A stretch of 37,640 nt of DNA. It comes from a virus. Taxonomy: Duplodnaviria; Caudoviricetes. The DNA lies in IMG/VR virus record IMGVR_UViG_3300049165_000077, positions 1 to 37,640 of that record; one strand, given 5' to 3'. Position 1 is the stretch's first letter. The number at the start of each line of letters is the position of its first letter. Below, in pieces: positions 35,114 to 37,640 of the stretch. Under the pieces are notes generated by a model. That model searched no databases, was not told where the DNA came from, and saw only the letters and a list, made by a program, of their open reading frames with translations. Position numbers and translations under genes: made by a program.

Positions 35114-35901
35114 GCGGCCTTAAGCGGCACGACCGCGTCTCCAAGAACGGCAAGGCCTACCACTGGTACACCTGGAACGGCGAGAAGCTCCCCAGCGTCA
35201 CCAGCGTTCTCAGCGCTGCACTCCCCAAACCCGCACTCACCTACTGGGCGTCCAGGACCGTCGCCGAGTTCGTCGCCGACAACCCCATCGAGGTGGAAGC
35301 CCTCCGGGCCGTGCCAAGGGACCGGATGGTCGCCGAACTCAAGGACGTGCCCTGGCGGGAACGGGACGCCGCCGCCAACCGCGGCACCGAAGTCCACAAG
35401 CTCGCCGAACGACTCGTCAAAGGCGAAGCGGTCGAAGTCCCCGGAGCGCTCAGCGGCTACGTCGACTCCTACGTGAAGTTCCTCGACGAATGGCAGCCCA
35501 AGCCCGTCCTCGTCGAGGCGACCGTCGCGAACCTGCGGTGGAAGTACGCCGGCCAGCTCGACCTTGTCGCCGATCTCCCCAACGGGGAACGCGCGGTCAT
35601 GGACCTGAAGACCTCCAAAGGGGTGTACCCCGAGACCTCATTGCAGTGCGCGGCGTACCGGCACGCGGAGATCTACCTCGGCGACAACGACACCCAGAAG
35701 GAACTAGCCGACCTCGGGATCAACGCCGCCTACGTCGTCCATGTCCGCGCTGACGGCTACGACGTTCGCCGCCTGGACGTCTCCGAGGACGGCCCGTTCA
35801 AGGTCTTCCTTCACCTGCTGTGGCTGTCGACCCGGATCGGCGACGCCATGAAGCCCTGGCTCGGCGACCCAGCCCCGATCCCCTCCAAGGAGGAACTGTG
35901 A
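35110..35901 (+). CDS. PD-(D/E)XK exonuclease (RecB/Cas4-like)
   Basis: LPSVTSVL, RGTEVH, VEATV...YAGQLD, DLKTSK, LQCAAY motifs. Confidence 0.88.
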   Translation: MSGLKRHDRVSKNGKAYHWYTWNGEKLPSVTSVLSAALPKPALTYWASRTVAEFVADNPIEVEALRAVPRDRMVAELKDVPWRERDAAANRGTEVHKLAERLVKGEAVEVPGALSGYVDSYVKFLDEWQPKPVLVEATVANLRWKYAGQLDLVADLPNGERAVMDLKTSKGVYPETSLQCAAYRHAEIYLGDNDTQKELADLGINAAYVVHVRADGYDVRRLDVSEDGPFKVFLHLLWLSTRIGDAMKPWLGDPAPIPSKEEL

Positions 35902-36593
35902 GCGAGAAGCACAACATCTACGAACTGATGGCTCGCGTCCTCGACGACGTGCAGCCGGTCGGCAAGAACACCAAGCACCAGCAGCAGGGCTTCATGTACC
36001 GCGGGGTCGACGACGTCACCATCGCCGCCGACGAGGCGCTGACGAAGCACGGCGTCATCGGTCCCGTCCCGCATCTCGACAGTGTCACCTACGAGTCCAC
36101 CGAGGTCGGCAAGAACCGCACGCCCACCAGGATCGCCCAGGTGGCGGTGACGTACCGCGTGTACGGGCCACTTGGCGACTACATCGAGACCGTCGTGCCC
36201 GGCGAGGCCATGGATTCCGGCGACAAGTCGACCCCAAAGGCCATGTCGGTCGCGTACCGGATCGCGCTGTTGCAGTTGCTGCGCATCCCGACGGGCGAGA
36301 AGGACCCCTCCGCAGAGGACTACCGCCGCTCGGAGCCGTTGACGGCCCCAGAGATCGCGAAGAAGGCAGTCACCTACCGCAAGAACCGTGAGCGGCTTCT
36401 GCACTTGTTCAACCTGGCCAGGCAGTGCGATCTTCTGTCCCACGAGGTGCTGAACGAGAGTGGTGAACAGGAGCCGCTGGAGAAGATGCTGAAGCGTCTC
36501 GGCGAGGCATCGAAGAACGAACCGAAGCGAACCGCGCAGCGCGCACCGCTGCCCGCTGGCCCGGAGCCCTCGCTGGATGAGGTGACGGCATGA
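35898..36593 (+). CDS. erf: ERF-family ssDNA-annealing recombinase
   Basis: VGKNTKHQQQGFMYRGVDDV...GEAMDSGDKSTPKAMSVAYRIAL..IPT; AAGGAGG RBS. Confidence 0.85.
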   Translation: MSEKHNIYELMARVLDDVQPVGKNTKHQQQGFMYRGVDDVTIAADEALTKHGVIGPVPHLDSVTYESTEVGKNRTPTRIAQVAVTYRVYGPLGDYIETVVPGEAMDSGDKSTPKAMSVAYRIALLQLLRIPTGEKDPSAEDYRRSEPLTAPEIAKKAVTYRKNRERLLHLFNLARQCDLLSHEVLNESGEQEPLEKMLKRLGEASKNEPKRTAQRAPLPAGPEPSLDEVTA

Positions 36594-36949
36594 CCTCCCC
36601 GACGAACGCCGCAGAGATCACCCGCACCCTCGGACAGCTGTCCCTCGACCTGTGGAAGTGCATCGAACAGCTCGAGGAAGCCGACATGGACGCGACCGAG
36701 AAGAAGCACACCGCAGACCTTGCCTACTCGAAGGCGTTCCTTGCGGCCGAGGGGTCGGTGGACCAGCGGAAGCACACCGCGTTCGTCGAGACCCAGGAAC
36801 AGCGCTTCGCCGCCGAAGTCGCCGACGCCCTCGTCCGGAACCTCGTTCGTCGCATGAAAGGCCTGGAGCGCCGCGTCGAAGTCGGCAGGTCGACTTCCTC
36901 GTGGCACAAGGCGGAGCTGTCGCTGACGCAGGCGGGGGTGGAGCACTGA
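36590..36949 (+). CDS. conserved-looking coiled-coil hypothetical protein
   Basis: YSKAFLAAEGSVDQRKH; ATGA coupling. Confidence 0.65.
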   Translation: MTSPTNAAEITRTLGQLSLDLWKCIEQLEEADMDATEKKHTADLAYSKAFLAAEGSVDQRKHTAFVETQEQRFAAEVADALVRNLVRRMKGLERRVEVGRSTSSWHKAELSLTQAGVEH

Positions 36950-37308
36950 TGGGAGATCAGATCCCGAAGGCGAACCGCCAGATCGTGCAGGGCCGTGCGT
37001 TCGGCCGCTGCGAACGCTGCCTCAAAGCCACTCTGTGCGGGCACCTGCACCACCGCCGGCCGAAAGGCCTCGGCGGCAGCAAAGCACCCGACCGGCACGA
37101 CGTGTCCAACCTCGTCTACCTCTGCCCGGAAGACCACCAGTGGGCGCACGGCAACCCGATGGCTGCCGCGGCGGCAGGGTTCATCGTGCCGCGCTCCTCC
37201 GGCAATTCACCACTGCAGGTGCCGATCACCGACCTCGCCGGCCAGACCCGATTCCTCGACAACCTGGGTCAGTACCTCGCCGAACCGGTGGAGGTGCCCA
37301 GTGTCTGA
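36949..37308 (+). CDS. HNH endonuclease
   Basis: CERC...HHRRPKGLGG...SNLVYLCPEDHQWAH. Confidence 0.85.
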   Translation: MGDQIPKANRQIVQGRAFGRCERCLKATLCGHLHHRRPKGLGGSKAPDRHDVSNLVYLCPEDHQWAHGNPMAAAAAGFIVPRSSGNSPLQVPITDLAGQTRFLDNLGQYLAEPVEVPSV

Positions 37309-37640
37309 CCTCTCCTCTCAGGTGACGTTCTCCGGCTACACGGCGCGGACACCGTTCGGCCCGGTCGACATCGTGCCGTTCCTGCGCCGCCTCGAAGGCC
37401 ACCCTGACCAGCCGATCCTCCGCGACGAGCGCGACGCCGGAATCCTCGCTCTCCGCGCCGCCGGGATCGAGTCCTGGCGGATCGCGAACGCCCTCAACAT
37501 GTCCGTGACTTCCGTTGAAGGGGTTCTGCGGCAGAAGCCGAAACGCCCTGCCATCCCCACTTCACGGTCCGACAAGTACGACCGGTGGAGGGCGGCGATG
37601 GATCGCCGCCGCGCTGAGCGGGTCCTCATTGACGGGCGCC
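37301..37640 (+). CDS. HTH-containing protein, truncated by the window end
   Basis: GGAGG RBS, GTG start; ERDAGILALRAAGIESWRIANALNMSVTSVEGVL HTH. Confidence 0.6.
   Translation, partial: MSDLSSQVTFSGYTARTPFGPVDIVPFLRRLEGHPDQPILRDERDAGILALRAAGIESWRIANALNMSVTSVEGVLRQKPKRPAIPTSRSDKYDRWRAAMDRRRAERVLIDGR

Noticed and set aside
35110-35901. Cas4 / CRISPR system
   Set aside because: No repeat-spacer array or other cas genes; the nuclease is paired with ERF as an ordinary recombination module

Overview
High-GC temperate actinobacterial siphophage, probably of a filamentous actinomycete (inferred from the Xre-DUF5753/DUF397 pair and a Spd-like membrane gene). It is read in its NON-integrated form: a candidate cos junction (~515) and an intact attP (tRNA-3'-end core at 28942-28965) both have phage genes on each side. 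Order: HNH, terminases, portal, head, tail (with a -1 frameshift chaperone), lysis cassette, ~5.5 kb accessory region (LigD-type ligase, Phd-led operon, Xre/DUF397, RHH), attP, integrase, membrane protein, repressor/operator switch, Cro-like and Xis genes, an atypical tRNA-Met(CAT), small early genes, exonuclease, ERF and HNH. The window ends inside a gene. Most notable: a PhoD/purple-acid-phosphatase-like enzyme fused to the baseplate hub protein; a hairpin whose loop is fully complementary to the tail-chaperone RBS; a toxin-less Phd-fusion operon with a nested start; a leaderless gene with an SOS-like box inside the lysis cassette; and an initiator-like tRNA with a rewritten anticodon loop. 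All family calls come from motif recognition and synteny, not from database searches.
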